Below, one piece after another: positions 9,489-19,726 of a stretch of DNA of 64,000 nt; the first letter of the stretch is position 1, and each line of letters opens with the position of its first letter. The stretch spans positions 96,001 to 160,000 of the forward strand of contig JBDRBB010000006.1 in the NCBI GenBank assembly GCA_043823065.1, in the 5' to 3' direction. Below the pieces are notes generated by a model that worked only from the letters and a program-made list of their open reading frames with translations, was not told the origin of the DNA and ran no database searches. This DNA is from Pseudomonadota bacterium. Its GTDB lineage: Bacteria; UBA10199; 2-02-FULL-44-16; DYJF01. The position numbers and the translations under genes are program-made.

Positions 9489-11216
9489 TTAAATTTGAGT
9501 AGCAGCGTCATTATCTAATCTTCTTGCAGAGCTACTTGGCCTTCTTGTACGCGCTGCTCTTTGTAAAATTCCCTGAATTGTTTCAGTACGCTGATCTTCT
9601 TCAATTTCTCTTAAGTTTTGTTCGCCAAGTAACAACTGTGTTCCTTCTGGCAATCTATTCATAATCTCAATTAATCGAGCTACTTGTGCTTCTTCATATT
9701 GATATCCGCGCTCAAAGCTAAGTTGGATATTGCCATCTTCAGTTCTAGTAATAGTTGCATTTTCTCCAAATACTTCTCTTAGCCCAGTAATTGCTTGATC
9801 AATTGCATCTGGTGCTTCAGGAGCTGGCAAGCCATCTGTTCTGCGTTGATGCAAGCGGTCGATCATTTGGCCCATATATTCTTGAGGAGACATTTCTGGA
9901 TTAGCTAAGCGAAATTCTTCTACGCTGCCACCTGGCCAAGATAGTCGTCCGCTAGTTTCATGGAAAGTTGCTCCATCAATCAATTGGGGCTCTTGTCTGG
10001 CTTCTACTTCTGAACCTTCTTCTCCACCTTCTTCAGCTTCAACATTTCTTAATGCATAAGCTCGGCCATCTTGGATTAAAATTGTTTGTCCTCCTGTATA
10101 ATCGTCTGAGCGCTCTCCTTGGCCTGGTGCTGCAACTTGATATACTTGATACTCATCGCCTCCATAAGATTGGTTTTCACCAGTTGGTCTGAGCATTACA
10201 TAATCTGCAGGAGCAGCTCTCTGGATATATAGCTGGTTACTGCCACGTCGTCCCGTACCTGCTACAAAAGGAACTTGTCTATACCCACCATCTTGTTCCA
10301 GATAATAATTTTCACCTACTTGATAAATGTTTGTACCTTCAGGAATACTTAATTCTTCAGTATCTCCACCTGTAACATTAAAGACTCGGGCATCTTGCCT
10401 TTGACCGTCAATCTCTATACTACTATTTTGCTCTCTTGGTTCAACTGTAACATGCGTGCCTCTTGCTGTTGGAGGTCTAGAAAATGGACTGCGGCCTTCT
10501 AATAAACCGCTTCCATAACGCACAAATTCTAAAGCTTCTTCATCATCCATTGGTTCATCGCCAAAACTTCTGGCGATCCAAGCTCCATATTGTTCTGCCC
10601 AATCCTCAGAATCTCTCGCAGGTAGGCCTCTCATTATTTCATCAAATCTAGTGCGATCACCATCTGCTTCGTCTTCAACTCTATCAATAATTCTTCCAGC
10701 TTCCTCTGGAGTATAACCTCGTTCATCTAAATTCTGTACAAGCCGTCTGCGTTGATCAGGTTCTAAAGTGAAATCATCCTCTGATGAATCATCCACATCT
10801 CTATCTCCATCAACATCTGAATCTCCCCAATCGCCACTGCTACTAGGAGCAGGAGGTGGGGGAGCAGACATATATTGCTGGCCTGCTGGCATTACTCCGC
10901 CAAAACCTGGAGCGCCTGCTTGGCCTGGGGCGGCAATTCCACCAGCAGCAGTGATAGCCCTGGTATATCCTTCCAAAGCATTTTCGCCCAGCCAACCAGC
11001 GCCTTGGTGCATACCTCGCGTAGATTCAAAATTTGCAACTCGATTAAAAACATTCATCATAGCGCCATAACTGGAATCAAAAGAATCAACACCAGCTGAG
11101 CCTCCGCTATATAAACTCAAGCCTTGGCCAATTGAGCTGCCATAACTATGAGCTGGCGGCAAACTGACATAAGTTAACATGCTGTTAATTGCTGAATTAA
11201 GCACTGACCCCTCCAT
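9489..11216 (-). CDS. Lysine-free orphan sharing its N-terminal leader with the 985-aa protein
   Basis: 575 aa, no Lys; overlaps the upstream ORF by 20 bp. Confidence 0.85.
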   Translation of the reverse strand: MEGSVLNSAINSMLTYVSLPPAHSYGSSIGQGLSLYSGGSAGVDSFDSSYGAMMNVFNRVANFESTRGMHQGAGWLGENALEGYTRAITAAGGIAAPGQAGAPGFGGVMPAGQQYMSAPPPPAPSSSGDWGDSDVDGDRDVDDSSEDDFTLEPDQRRRLVQNLDERGYTPEEAGRIIDRVEDEADGDRTRFDEIMRGLPARDSEDWAEQYGAWIARSFGDEPMDDEEALEFVRYGSGLLEGRSPFSRPPTARGTHVTVEPREQNSSIEIDGQRQDARVFNVTGGDTEELSIPEGTNIYQVGENYYLEQDGGYRQVPFVAGTGRRGSNQLYIQRAAPADYVMLRPTGENQSYGGDEYQVYQVAAPGQGERSDDYTGGQTILIQDGRAYALRNVEAEEGGEEGSEVEARQEPQLIDGATFHETSGRLSWPGGSVEEFRLANPEMSPQEYMGQMIDRLHQRRTDGLPAPEAPDAIDQAITGLREVFGENATITRTEDGNIQLSFERGYQYEEAQVARLIEIMNRLPEGTQLLLGEQNLREIEEDQRTETIQGILQRAARTRRPSSSARRLDNDAATQI

Positions 11217-12354
11217 TCACGTCTCTAATAAAATCTGCGGCGCGCAGTAAACCTTTGGCCTCACCCACAATTCTTTCTGACAAAGGCAAGGTTTCGCGAA
11301 TGCGATCACCTAGGCGATCATTTAGCTCGCGAATTTCCTGCAGGCGATGCTCTACGCGTTGAATGACGTGTTGTTCTAAGATATTTCTTTTAGCCAGAAC
11401 TGTTTCCAGGCCTGGATTTGGTTCATTAAAAATAATTAAGGATTCATCTTCTTGCGGAATGTCGCGCACAAAAACTGGTCTGGCCAAAGCTGCATCTGAA
11501 CCACCTTCTTCGCTAGTATCTCCACCTGCATCTGCGCCAACTCCGCCATCTAAAACTCGGCCTAAATTTCCACCTGCTTCAGACTGATAAACAGCACCGC
11601 CCCGACTGGTTCTAGATGATCTGGAACTGCTGCGATCTGAGCCATCTTTCTCTGAATCTTGGCCTCGTCTTACATCTCTTGGTTCAGCGCTTTCGCCGCG
11701 CACTTGTGGTTGCGGCTGCACAAAACGAGAGGCAAATTCTGCTGCTCTGCTAGCATCTGGCTGCCTGGCTTCCTGAGGTAATCTAGGCTGCTCAGCAGAT
11801 CTGGGCTGAGGTGTTGCTGGCCTATTTACTTGAGGTTGAGGTCTAGCTTGTGGCGCTCCTTGATTTGGAACTGGATTTGGATTTTGAGGCTGCACAAAGT
11901 TTGGAGCTTGTTGCTGTTGATTGGGCAGCGTAGAATTATTGCCTGGTTGTATATCTGGCCGGGCCACAACTGCTTGTGGAGTGGCAGCCTGCTGGGCTGG
12001 TTGAAGAGCTCTGCCTCTAGCTGCTAACTGATTCAAACCTCTGGCTTGAGATTGCGCCTGACGCACTGCTTGTTCATTTCGTTTAGCTGCTTCTTGCTCA
12101 ACCTCTGGTCGCGAGGCTTGCGTTTGGCGTTCTGGTTGTCTGGATTCAGGAGTGCGGCGCGCACTAATATCTGCAGCTCTGGCACGCTGGGCAGCACGTT
12201 CAGTTCTCTCTGCCCTGGAAAGATTAGTTACCATTTCCTTGGCCACAGTCCTTCTTTGTTCTATATGCTGATCATGGCGTTCTTCGCGGGCACGTTCCAG
12301 ACCTTGTTTTTCTTGCCAACCTTCAGCAAAATGATTTGAACCAACTTTAGACAT
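11197..12354 (-). CDS. Gln/Pro/Arg-rich, largely disordered, lysine-poor orphan
   Basis: 385 aa with 7 Lys; GGAGGAG SD upstream. Confidence 0.8.
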   Translation of the reverse strand: MSKVGSNHFAEGWQEKQGLERAREERHDQHIEQRRTVAKEMVTNLSRAERTERAAQRARAADISARRTPESRQPERQTQASRPEVEQEAAKRNEQAVRQAQSQARGLNQLAARGRALQPAQQAATPQAVVARPDIQPGNNSTLPNQQQQAPNFVQPQNPNPVPNQGAPQARPQPQVNRPATPQPRSAEQPRLPQEARQPDASRAAEFASRFVQPQPQVRGESAEPRDVRRGQDSEKDGSDRSSSRSSRTSRGGAVYQSEAGGNLGRVLDGGVGADAGGDTSEEGGSDAALARPVFVRDIPQEDESLIIFNEPNPGLETVLAKRNILEQHVIQRVEHRLQEIRELNDRLGDRIRETLPLSERIVGEAKGLLRAADFIRDVNGGVSA

Positions 12355-12490
12355 CTGGGAACTCTCCTCCCCGTTTATTAATAACGTACAGCGTACAGCG
12401 CACAGCGTCTAATATTGCGTAACATATTAATATTACAAGACTTATTCATAGGTTAAGCCTCAAATAAGCCATTGTTTCGTCAATATATAA

Positions 12491-12506
12491 TGCAAGCGAG
12501 AGGCCA
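12491..12506 (-). promoter_or_regulatory. sigma54 -24/-12 promoter
   Basis: TGGCCT-CTCGC-TTGCA; IHF-like site at 12567-12579 and CAGACGGAGCAAA at 12594-12606 further upstream. Confidence 0.7.
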
Positions 12507-12764
12507 AAATTAGAAATAAGGAGTCAGAAGACAGGAGTCATAATAAAAAACCTTAAAAGCAAGTAATAACAACTAGTTATACAGCGGAAAAATCAGACGG
12601 AGCAAATTATCTTCATAAAAATAGCAAATAAGTCAAAATTTAGGGCTGAAATTGAGGAATGTAGTCTCCATCAATTAGCAGCTTAGATATGATAGCCGCT
12701 TCCCTTATAATTTTTGCATAGAAGCAATAACAAGTAACTTGTTTCAGACTGCAAATAAAAAACC

Positions 12765-12803
12765 TGGATCGCCACGTCGCCCTCTGGGCTCCTCGCGATG
12801 ACG
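12765..12803. repeat. Solo palindromic-repeat arm (GGATCGCC..CTCGCGATGAC)
   Basis: Same family as 1199-1235. Confidence 0.7.
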
Positions 12804-12832
12804 CTCTCAGACCATTTCGATTTTCAACATTT

Positions 12833-12995
12833 AGAAAACTGAACTGAGTGCAACTAAGTGTTGCTTTGCGGCGTGCGAGCGAGCCATGACAGCAGCCTAT
12901 ATATTATGGCGAGCGAAGGACGCTTTCAAAATTTCTGGCGCGTGAGGAAATTTTGGATTTAGCAAAGCAATACTTAGTTGCACGCAGTGTTTTCT
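12833..12995. repeat. About 160-bp palindromic element (MITE/RPE-like)
   Basis: agaaaac..gtgcaactaagtgttgctttgc pairs with gcaaagcaatacttagttgcac..gttttct; internal hairpin caaaatttc..gaaattttg. Confidence 0.75.
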
Positions 12996-13098
12996 CTCTT
13001 TACGCACTTTAAAAAAAATGATATTTTCAGTTTGCCTCTGGGACGAGACAATCATAAAAATTATTAGATCTTTAACAAATCCAAGTGGGAGGGGAGTC

Positions 13099-14061
13099 AT
13101 GACAGAGCATTATCAGACAGAAAATGAAAATCTATTTCTTGATCCAGAAGAGGTTGCAGAATTTGAAGATTGGGATAGCAAAGAAGAAGAGGCAACAGAT
13201 GCAACTTCAACAGCAGTTGATGTAAAACCAGCCAAGAGCCAGGTGATTTGTGTAGCCAGCGGCAAAGGCGGTACTGGCAAGACCATGGTGGCAGCTAATT
13301 TGGCAGTCTCCCTGGCTAGAGAAGGGTTAAAAGTTCTTTTAATTGACGCTGATTTCAGTTTAGCCAATTCCCATCTTATTCTGGGTTTAGAACCTGAATA
13401 CGATGTATCTTCTGTTTTCACAGGTGAAAAAACAGTTTCAGAAATTATCATTCCTGGTCCGGGTGGATTAAGACTGGTTCCTGGTGGATCAGGTTTTAGT
13501 GAACTGGCCATGTTGGGCGATGAGAAATTTTTACAACTCATCCAAGGCTTAAAAGATTTGGAAGAAGAATCTGATATAATTTTAGTAGATCTGCCAGCTG
13601 GCATTAATCCTCAAGTCATGTGTCTTTTAAATGCTGCTCATGAAATCATTGTGGTCACCACTCCAGAAGTTACTTCTTTGGTAGATGCTTATGCGTTGAT
13701 TAAGTCCTTAACCAGAATGACCGACAAAGTATCTCCTCAAATCATAATTAATCGCGCCAAAGATAAAGCCAGGGCCATGGTGGCTTTTCAAAAGATTTTT
13801 AGCGTAACCAACAAACACTTAAACGGCAAAGTATCTCCAAAATTATTAGGCTGGGTACCGCAGAATTGGTATGTACTGAATTCAGTGGCAGCCAGAAAAC
13901 CATTGGTACTGCGTCATCCCCAGTGTTTTGCCACAGCCTGCATGGAAATGATTGCCGCCAAAGTCTTAAGACGGCATGTTAAGTGGCTAGATCAACAAGC
14001 AGAAAGTTTAATTTATCCATCATACTTTGGGAAACTAGAAGAAATTGTCTATGGACGCTAA
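13099..14061 (+). CDS. MinD/FlhG(FleN)-family ATPase
   Basis: SGKGGTGKT deviant Walker A, DAD, LVPGGSG, VTTPE; ATG 13099 follows GGGAGGGGAG. Confidence 0.88.
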   Translation: MTEHYQTENENLFLDPEEVAEFEDWDSKEEEATDATSTAVDVKPAKSQVICVASGKGGTGKTMVAANLAVSLAREGLKVLLIDADFSLANSHLILGLEPEYDVSSVFTGEKTVSEIIIPGPGGLRLVPGGSGFSELAMLGDEKFLQLIQGLKDLEEESDIILVDLPAGINPQVMCLLNAAHEIIVVTTPEVTSLVDAYALIKSLTRMTDKVSPQIIINRAKDKARAMVAFQKIFSVTNKHLNGKVSPKLLGWVPQNWYVLNSVAARKPLVLRHPQCFATACMEMIAAKVLRRHVKWLDQQAESLIYPSYFGKLEEIVYGR

Positions 14062-14719
14062 TTACAAGGCGGGTAGACAACTGAATAAGTTTATTAACAG
14101 ACCTCAGCGGCGGAACATTTTCAATGCTCCGCTTACGGAGATTATTCATCTTCTCAAACAGAACCCCAAGGTAATTGATCCGGAAATACACCCCATTGAT
14201 GCTGATCTATTCATACCCAATATAGGTGAAATAGATATAGTAGGAGTTGACGCAAATCATTTAGTTATGGTCAGTACTTTTATCGATATCAGGGAAGATC
14301 ACCTGCGCAAAGCTGCTAACATTAATCAATGGGTGTTTGAAAACTTAAGCGTGTTAAAACAGACTTATGCTACCAAAGGATTGTCTCATAATTTTACGCC
14401 GCGTATCATCTTGCTTTGCGCTAGAGTACATCCCAGCGCTAATCCTTTATTGCCTTTTATCTCAGATCTTCCGTTAGAAGTTTTCCGCTATCAATATTTT
14501 AAGAATGAAACAAACCGTTATTTAGAACTGACCAAGGTAGAGCCAAATCAAAATAGAATAAAAACTGCCAGCTCTCCTTTATTTACTAAGCTACCCACCA
14601 GAAAAGATGTTGAGCTCACTGCTGAAGAACTAGGCGCCTTTTATGAAGCTGCAGCTGAGCTGGAAGGTGAGGCAGAAGCTGCCCCGGCACTTGATTTTGA
14701 TGGTCCGTATTTTAATTAA
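14051..14719 (+). CDS. Hypothetical protein, possibly a degenerate PD-(D/E)XK fold
   Basis: Overlaps the ATPase stop; GEIDIVGVD segment. Confidence 0.6.
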   Translation: MDANYKAGRQLNKFINRPQRRNIFNAPLTEIIHLLKQNPKVIDPEIHPIDADLFIPNIGEIDIVGVDANHLVMVSTFIDIREDHLRKAANINQWVFENLSVLKQTYATKGLSHNFTPRIILLCARVHPSANPLLPFISDLPLEVFRYQYFKNETNRYLELTKVEPNQNRIKTASSPLFTKLPTRKDVELTAEELGAFYEAAAELEGEAEAAPALDFDGPYFN

Positions 14720-14721
14720 AC

Positions 14722-15465
14722 TCACTTTTCTAAAAACGGTTTAAACAAATCAATGGGTATTGGAAACAAAGTAGTTGTGTTATTTTCACTAGCTACTTCC
14801 CTTAAGGTTTGCAAATAGCGCATTTGCAAGGCCATGGGATGGCCACCCATCAGCTTGGCTGCTTCCACCAATTTTTCCGCAGCTTGAAATTCACCCAAAG
14901 CATTGATTATCTTGGCCCGTCGTTCGCGCTCTGCTTCAGCTTGCCTAGCCATGGCCCTTTTTAGTTCCTCAGTGATATCCACATGCTTTACTTCCACATT
15001 AGCAACTTTAATACCCCAGGGATCTGTTTGTTTATCCAAGATTTCCTGAATCTGCTCATTAATTTCTTCTCGTTTAGACAAGAGCTCATCAAGCTCTCTT
15101 TGACCAATTACGCTTCTTAAAGTTGTTTGCGCCATTTGGCTAGTGGCAAAACCATAGTCTTGCACCTCAATCACTGCTTTGTTTGCCTCTAAAACTCTAA
15201 AATAGACAACAGCATTAACCTGCACTGAAACATTGTCTTTGGTTATAATATCTTGCGGTGGCACATCCAGGGCAAGTAAACGCAAACTCACACGCACCAT
15301 GCGGTCAATGGGTTTAAACACAAAAATAATACCTGGCCCTTTTGGTTCTGGCAAAACCCGACCTAAGCGAAAAATTACGCCACGCTCATATTCATTTAAA
15401 ATTTTGATGCAAGATAAAAGATACAAAACCAAAAAAGTGATTATAACTATCCAAGGTAATGGCAT
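14722..15465 (-). CDS. SPFH/stomatin (slipin) family protein
   Basis: [40 protein letters not shown]. Confidence 0.95.
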   Translation of the reverse strand: MPLPWIVIITFLVLYLLSCIKILNEYERGVIFRLGRVLPEPKGPGIIFVFKPIDRMVRVSLRLLALDVPPQDIITKDNVSVQVNAVVYFRVLEANKAVIEVQDYGFATSQMAQTTLRSVIGQRELDELLSKREEINEQIQEILDKQTDPWGIKVANVEVKHVDITEELKRAMARQAEAERERRAKIINALGEFQAAEKLVEAAKLMGGHPMALQMRYLQTLREVASENNTTTLFPIPIDLFKPFLEK

Positions 15466-15466
15466 A

Positions 15467-16216
15467 TCAACCTCCTCTTAAAGTTTTCTTTATCGCAAAT
15501 AGATTTGTATCCCATCCCAAACTTGAAATAGCCTCAGTTAAAGGAATTTCTTTGGGGCAAACTTTTGCACAATTGCCACTATTGTTACAATCAGCAATTC
15601 CACTCACTCCCATTAGTGATTCTAAACGCTGGGGAGTATTTATTTTTCCCAAAGGATGCAAATTAAGCAAATAGACCTGGCCCAAGGCGTGTGCACCCAA
15701 ATAATCTGATCTAAAATTATATTGGGGGCAAGCTTCCAGGCAAGCCCCGCACATAATGCATCTAGAAAAAATATAGGCATGCTGCTGCTTGGCAAAAGAC
15801 ATCTGGGGCGCTTCGCCTAAATCATAATAACCATCAAGAACCACCCACGCGCTAATCTTTTTTAAGGCCGCAAATATTTTGCTGCGATCAACATGCAAAT
15901 CCCTAACTGTTGGAAATTTACTTAAGGGTTCTAGCACAATGGGCTGATCCAGTTTATCTATTAAGCTCGAACAAGCCTGCCTAACTTTGCCGTTAATAAT
16001 CATGGTGCATGAACCACAAACTTCTTCTAGACAAGAGCATTCCCAAACCACTGGCTTGGTGGCAATACCTTCAGCTGTTACTGGATTTAAGCGAATGGCC
16101 TGCAAGGCCATAACCACATTTTGGCGCGGCTGATAAGGGACCAGAAACTCTTCCCAATACGGCAAGTCTTCTGGGCTATCTTGGCGTCTAATTTTTAAGT
16201 GTACTTGTTTCATCAA
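15467..16216 (-). CDS. sdhB: Succinate dehydrogenase Fe-S subunit (Bacillus type)
   Basis: [34 protein letters not shown] clusters. Confidence 0.9.
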   Translation of the reverse strand: MMKQVHLKIRRQDSPEDLPYWEEFLVPYQPRQNVVMALQAIRLNPVTAEGIATKPVVWECSCLEEVCGSCTMIINGKVRQACSSLIDKLDQPIVLEPLSKFPTVRDLHVDRSKIFAALKKISAWVVLDGYYDLGEAPQMSFAKQQHAYIFSRCIMCGACLEACPQYNFRSDYLGAHALGQVYLLNLHPLGKINTPQRLESLMGVSGIADCNNSGNCAKVCPKEIPLTEAISSLGWDTNLFAIKKTLRGG

Positions 16217-17949
16217 TATTTTCTTTCAATCAGTTGAACATCTGAAATTTCCACTTTTTCACTATAATCAAATTCCGGACCCTTGGTTGTATATTTGGCC
16301 TTGGTTATTTTTAACCAATTTTTATCATCGCGCTCTGGAAATTCTGGTCTATAATGCGCCCCTCTGCTTTCTTGGCGATTTTGCGCAGCACGTACAATCA
16401 AACGAGCCAACTCCAATTGGTTATATAGTTTGCGCATGAAAAAAAGCTCTTCATTGTTCCAGAAACCTTGATCCAAAATAAAACTTTTACCAAATCGTTC
16501 TTCCAGTTCGGTAATTTTGTCATCTGCTTTTTCCAGACCAGCATTATCTCTCACAATAAAAACATGTCTAGCCAAGGTTCTGGCTAATTCCTGTTTGATC
16601 TGATGGGGATTTTCCGAACCAGACATAGCCATAATTTGTTTATTGATATCTTCCTGTTTAGTGCGTTCTGCTTCTAAAATTGAAACTGAAATAAGCTCGG
16701 CATTTTTTTCTAACCCTTCAGCATAGGCTAATGCCGCTTGGCTAGCCACTTGACCACCATAAATAACTGAAATCAAAGCGTTGCCACCTAAACAATTGGC
16801 GCCATGATATTGATAATTGCATTCACCTGCAGCAAATAAACCAGCAATATTGGTGCGCTGCTCGAAATCTACCCAAAGCCCACCCATAGTATAATGAACT
16901 GCTGGATAAATTCTCATGGGAACTTTTCTGGGATCTTCTCCTACAAATTTTTGATATGTATCTACTACTGCCATTAAATTTTGCTTGATAATTTTGGGAT
17001 TGAGCTGGGTTAAATCTAGATAAACCACATTTTCACCATCAACACCCAATTTCATTTCATGAATAACTTTGAAAATGGCACGAGCAGCAATATCTCTGGG
17101 GACCAAATTCCCCAATTCCGGATACCATTCTTCTAAAAAATACCAGGGCTTACCATCTTTAAAAGTCCAGACTCGTCCACCTTCGCTACGCGCGCCTTCA
17201 GAAATTACACGCATCTTGTCTTGACCAGGAATGGTTGTAGGATGAAACTGAATAAACTCAGGATTGGCAAATATTGCTCCCTGACGATAGGCTTGGGTGC
17301 TTGCCGCGCCAGTGCAATGAAGGGAAGTTGTGGCATATTGAAAAATTTCGCCAAAACCACCAGTGCACATAATTACAGCATCTGAAGCGAACACCACTAC
17401 TTCTAAAGAATTTCTATCAATGGCCACAATGCCTCGGCAAATTCCTGAATCATCTCTAACCAAAGAAGCAAATTCCCAGTTTTCAAATTTAGTAACTTTC
17501 CCCTCAACTTCAAATTTACGCAATTGGTCATCCAAAGCATACAAGATTTGCTGACCGGTTGTGGAACCAGCAAAACAGGCCCGTTTCTTTTTCACGCCAG
17601 CCAGCTGACGTTGATCTATTAATCCTTCTGAGGTACGGTTAAACATCACTCCCATTCTAGCCAACAAGCGCACAATTCCTGGAGCAGCTCTGCACATTTT
17701 TTGAATTGGAACTTGATGGGCTAAAAAATCTCCACCTAAAATAGTATCATAAATATGCTGTTCTATAGAATCTTGCTGGCCCTTGGTATTAAGCACAGCA
17801 TTAATACCGCCTGCCGCACAAACCGATGGAGAGCGCCGAAAATGTTGAGCTGAAAAAATGGCAACCTCTGCCCCAGCTTCTAAAGCTTTTAGAGCTGCCA
17901 TCTGGCCTGCCAATCCGCCGCCAACTATGATTAGTTTTGGTTTAGTCAT
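16213..17949 (-). CDS. sdhA: Succinate dehydrogenase flavoprotein, divergent
   Basis: GGGLAG, QFHPT, PRDI, HYTMGG, ESRGAH motifs. Confidence 0.88.
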   Translation of the reverse strand: MTKPKLIIVGGGLAGQMAALKALEAGAEVAIFSAQHFRRSPSVCAAGGINAVLNTKGQQDSIEQHIYDTILGGDFLAHQVPIQKMCRAAPGIVRLLARMGVMFNRTSEGLIDQRQLAGVKKKRACFAGSTTGQQILYALDDQLRKFEVEGKVTKFENWEFASLVRDDSGICRGIVAIDRNSLEVVVFASDAVIMCTGGFGEIFQYATTSLHCTGAASTQAYRQGAIFANPEFIQFHPTTIPGQDKMRVISEGARSEGGRVWTFKDGKPWYFLEEWYPELGNLVPRDIAARAIFKVIHEMKLGVDGENVVYLDLTQLNPKIIKQNLMAVVDTYQKFVGEDPRKVPMRIYPAVHYTMGGLWVDFEQRTNIAGLFAAGECNYQYHGANCLGGNALISVIYGGQVASQAALAYAEGLEKNAELISVSILEAERTKQEDINKQIMAMSGSENPHQIKQELARTLARHVFIVRDNAGLEKADDKITELEERFGKSFILDQGFWNNEELFFMRKLYNQLELARLIVRAAQNRQESRGAHYRPEFPERDDKNWLKITKAKYTTKGPEFDYSEKVEISDVQLIERKY

Positions 17950-17982
17950 TTTATCGTCTGTCGTCTTTCGTACGTCATTAAT

Positions 17983-18504
17983 TTATAATATTATTAACGA
18001 CCAAAATGTTAAACAAAGCATAATTGCCCAAGATATAATGGTCATTCCCTTTTGGGAAGCATTACTCACAGTTATTCCCCAAGAGGCTAAAGCATTGGTC
18101 AGACCATTGGCAAAATGAATTGCTACACTCACCATACCAATTACATAAAAAATCTTGGCCCCTAAAGAGCTAAAATATTGTCCCAAGTTGGCATAATCAT
18201 GACGGCCAATATTCCACAGATAATAAGTAATAAATATAAAAGAAAAAAAAGTGGTGATGATTTGTAAAAAATATAGCCAATTTTGATAATAGGGATAAGC
18301 TATAATATTTACGGAACATTTATAAATAAATAAGAGGCTCAAAAGAAAATAGATAAAAAGCGCGACTTCCAGGGCAATTAATTCAAAGGTCCAAACTTTT
18401 GGAAAAAGATGGGAGGAACTTAAAAAGAAATGCAGGCCAAGAAAATAGCCATAAACCAAAATATTTAAGATGGAATGAAAGCGACGTAATAGAAAATAGT
18501 CCAT
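17983..18504 (-). CDS. sdhC: Succinate dehydrogenase cytochrome b-like subunit, divergent
   Basis: LRRFHS, LHF and HFANGL..WGIT motifs; hydrophobic; upstream of sdhA. Confidence 0.75.
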   Translation of the reverse strand: MDYFLLRRFHSILNILVYGYFLGLHFFLSSSHLFPKVWTFELIALEVALFIYFLLSLLFIYKCSVNIIAYPYYQNWLYFLQIITTFFSFIFITYYLWNIGRHDYANLGQYFSSLGAKIFYVIGMVSVAIHFANGLTNALASWGITVSNASQKGMTIISWAIMLCLTFWSLIIL

Positions 18505-18600
18505 TAATCTCCCCTATTAACGCGAACATAACTAAATCAGAGCTAAGAAGCAAGACCTTTACCTGCACCCAGGTTATTGTTATAATACAGTCAATTTTTT

Positions 18601-19665
18601 ATGAAAAAAATATTAATTATACTAATTGCGGTCTTGCTGGTTGGATTTAGCATTAAGACCTATTTTGGTTTTAAGGCTGCCAACCAGTTTTTTAAGGAAA
18701 AAAAAGAGAATTTTTTTGGTCTGAAATTTAAGGTAGATAAAATTCGCTTGGATTGGCTACGCACCCGCATTGTTCTCCTTAATGTTAATATTCATCCTGC
18801 TGGCAATAAATCCAGTTATCCGCTTGCTTCAGCTAAAAAAGTGATTTTTGATCTTTCTCCCTTTAAACTTATTCATAAGCAATTTTATGTCACTAAAATA
18901 ATTTTTGAAAAACCAAAATCTTCTTATATAGAATATTCTGCGCAAAAAGCTAACTGGGACGCCTTAAATTTAAGCGAGTTGGATGAAAACAGTTCAAGCA
19001 AAGGCAGTGATTGGCAAATTATAATCGACAAAATTGTAATTAAAGACGGCAATTTCAAATATCGCAGCCTTGTTGATCGTAGTCGCTTAGAACTTAATCA
19101 GGTGGAAGCAACTATAACTAATATAGTTTCTGAACCTAATCCCCAAAAATTGCCTAGTAAGATTTCTTTTAAGTCGCAAGTGGGACGAACCAAAGGCGAA
19201 CTAAATATTAGTGGCCGAGCAAATTTTTTAGCCGAAGGCATTAATTTTAAGCTAAAAGCCAGGCTTTCAGAAATGCCAGTTACTTATTTTTATCCGTTTT
19301 ATGCCGGGCAAATTCCATTTACGATTCAGAGAGGAAAAATATCTGGTAGCAGTGATGCTACTTCTGTGAAAAGTAATTTTATCTCCTATAATAATATTGT
19401 GCTCAAAGATTTAAAAACTGGTGGGCTTAAAGGAAAGCTGGTTAATGCTTTGGTGCTAAAAAATAATAACCGTTTGAAAATAAAAGCTAGCGCCAAAGGC
19501 AATTTAGAAGAAGGCAATATCACCATTGGTTCAGCCACAACCAGAGCCATCTCAGATCAAATTTTGGCTCAAGCCATGAAGCAAACCGCTATTGGCAAGA
19601 CTGGTACCAAGGTTAAGGAAACAGGCAAAAACATTAAACGTAAAATCACCAACATCTTTCGCTAG
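18601..19665 (+). CDS. AsmA/DUF748-like envelope protein
   Basis: N-terminal TM helix, beta-rich, IDKIVIKDG pattern. Confidence 0.65.
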   Translation: MKKILIILIAVLLVGFSIKTYFGFKAANQFFKEKKENFFGLKFKVDKIRLDWLRTRIVLLNVNIHPAGNKSSYPLASAKKVIFDLSPFKLIHKQFYVTKIIFEKPKSSYIEYSAQKANWDALNLSELDENSSSKGSDWQIIIDKIVIKDGNFKYRSLVDRSRLELNQVEATITNIVSEPNPQKLPSKISFKSQVGRTKGELNISGRANFLAEGINFKLKARLSEMPVTYFYPFYAGQIPFTIQRGKISGSSDATSVKSNFISYNNIVLKDLKTGGLKGKLVNALVLKNNNRLKIKASAKGNLEEGNITIGSATTRAISDQILAQAMKQTAIGKTGTKVKETGKNIKRKITNIFR

Positions 19666-19726
19666 GGACAGGTTTTTGAGTTGACAATCAGGGCCTAAAA
19701 GTGTTCTAAATCGCAGACTTAAATCT

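Noticed and set aside
2382..12354. Genetic-code change (AGA read as Lys) as the explanation for lysine-free proteins
   Set aside because: Conserved Arg residues in core genes use AGA (SdhA PRDI, CoaD RGIR) and AAA/AAG are used normally elsewhere
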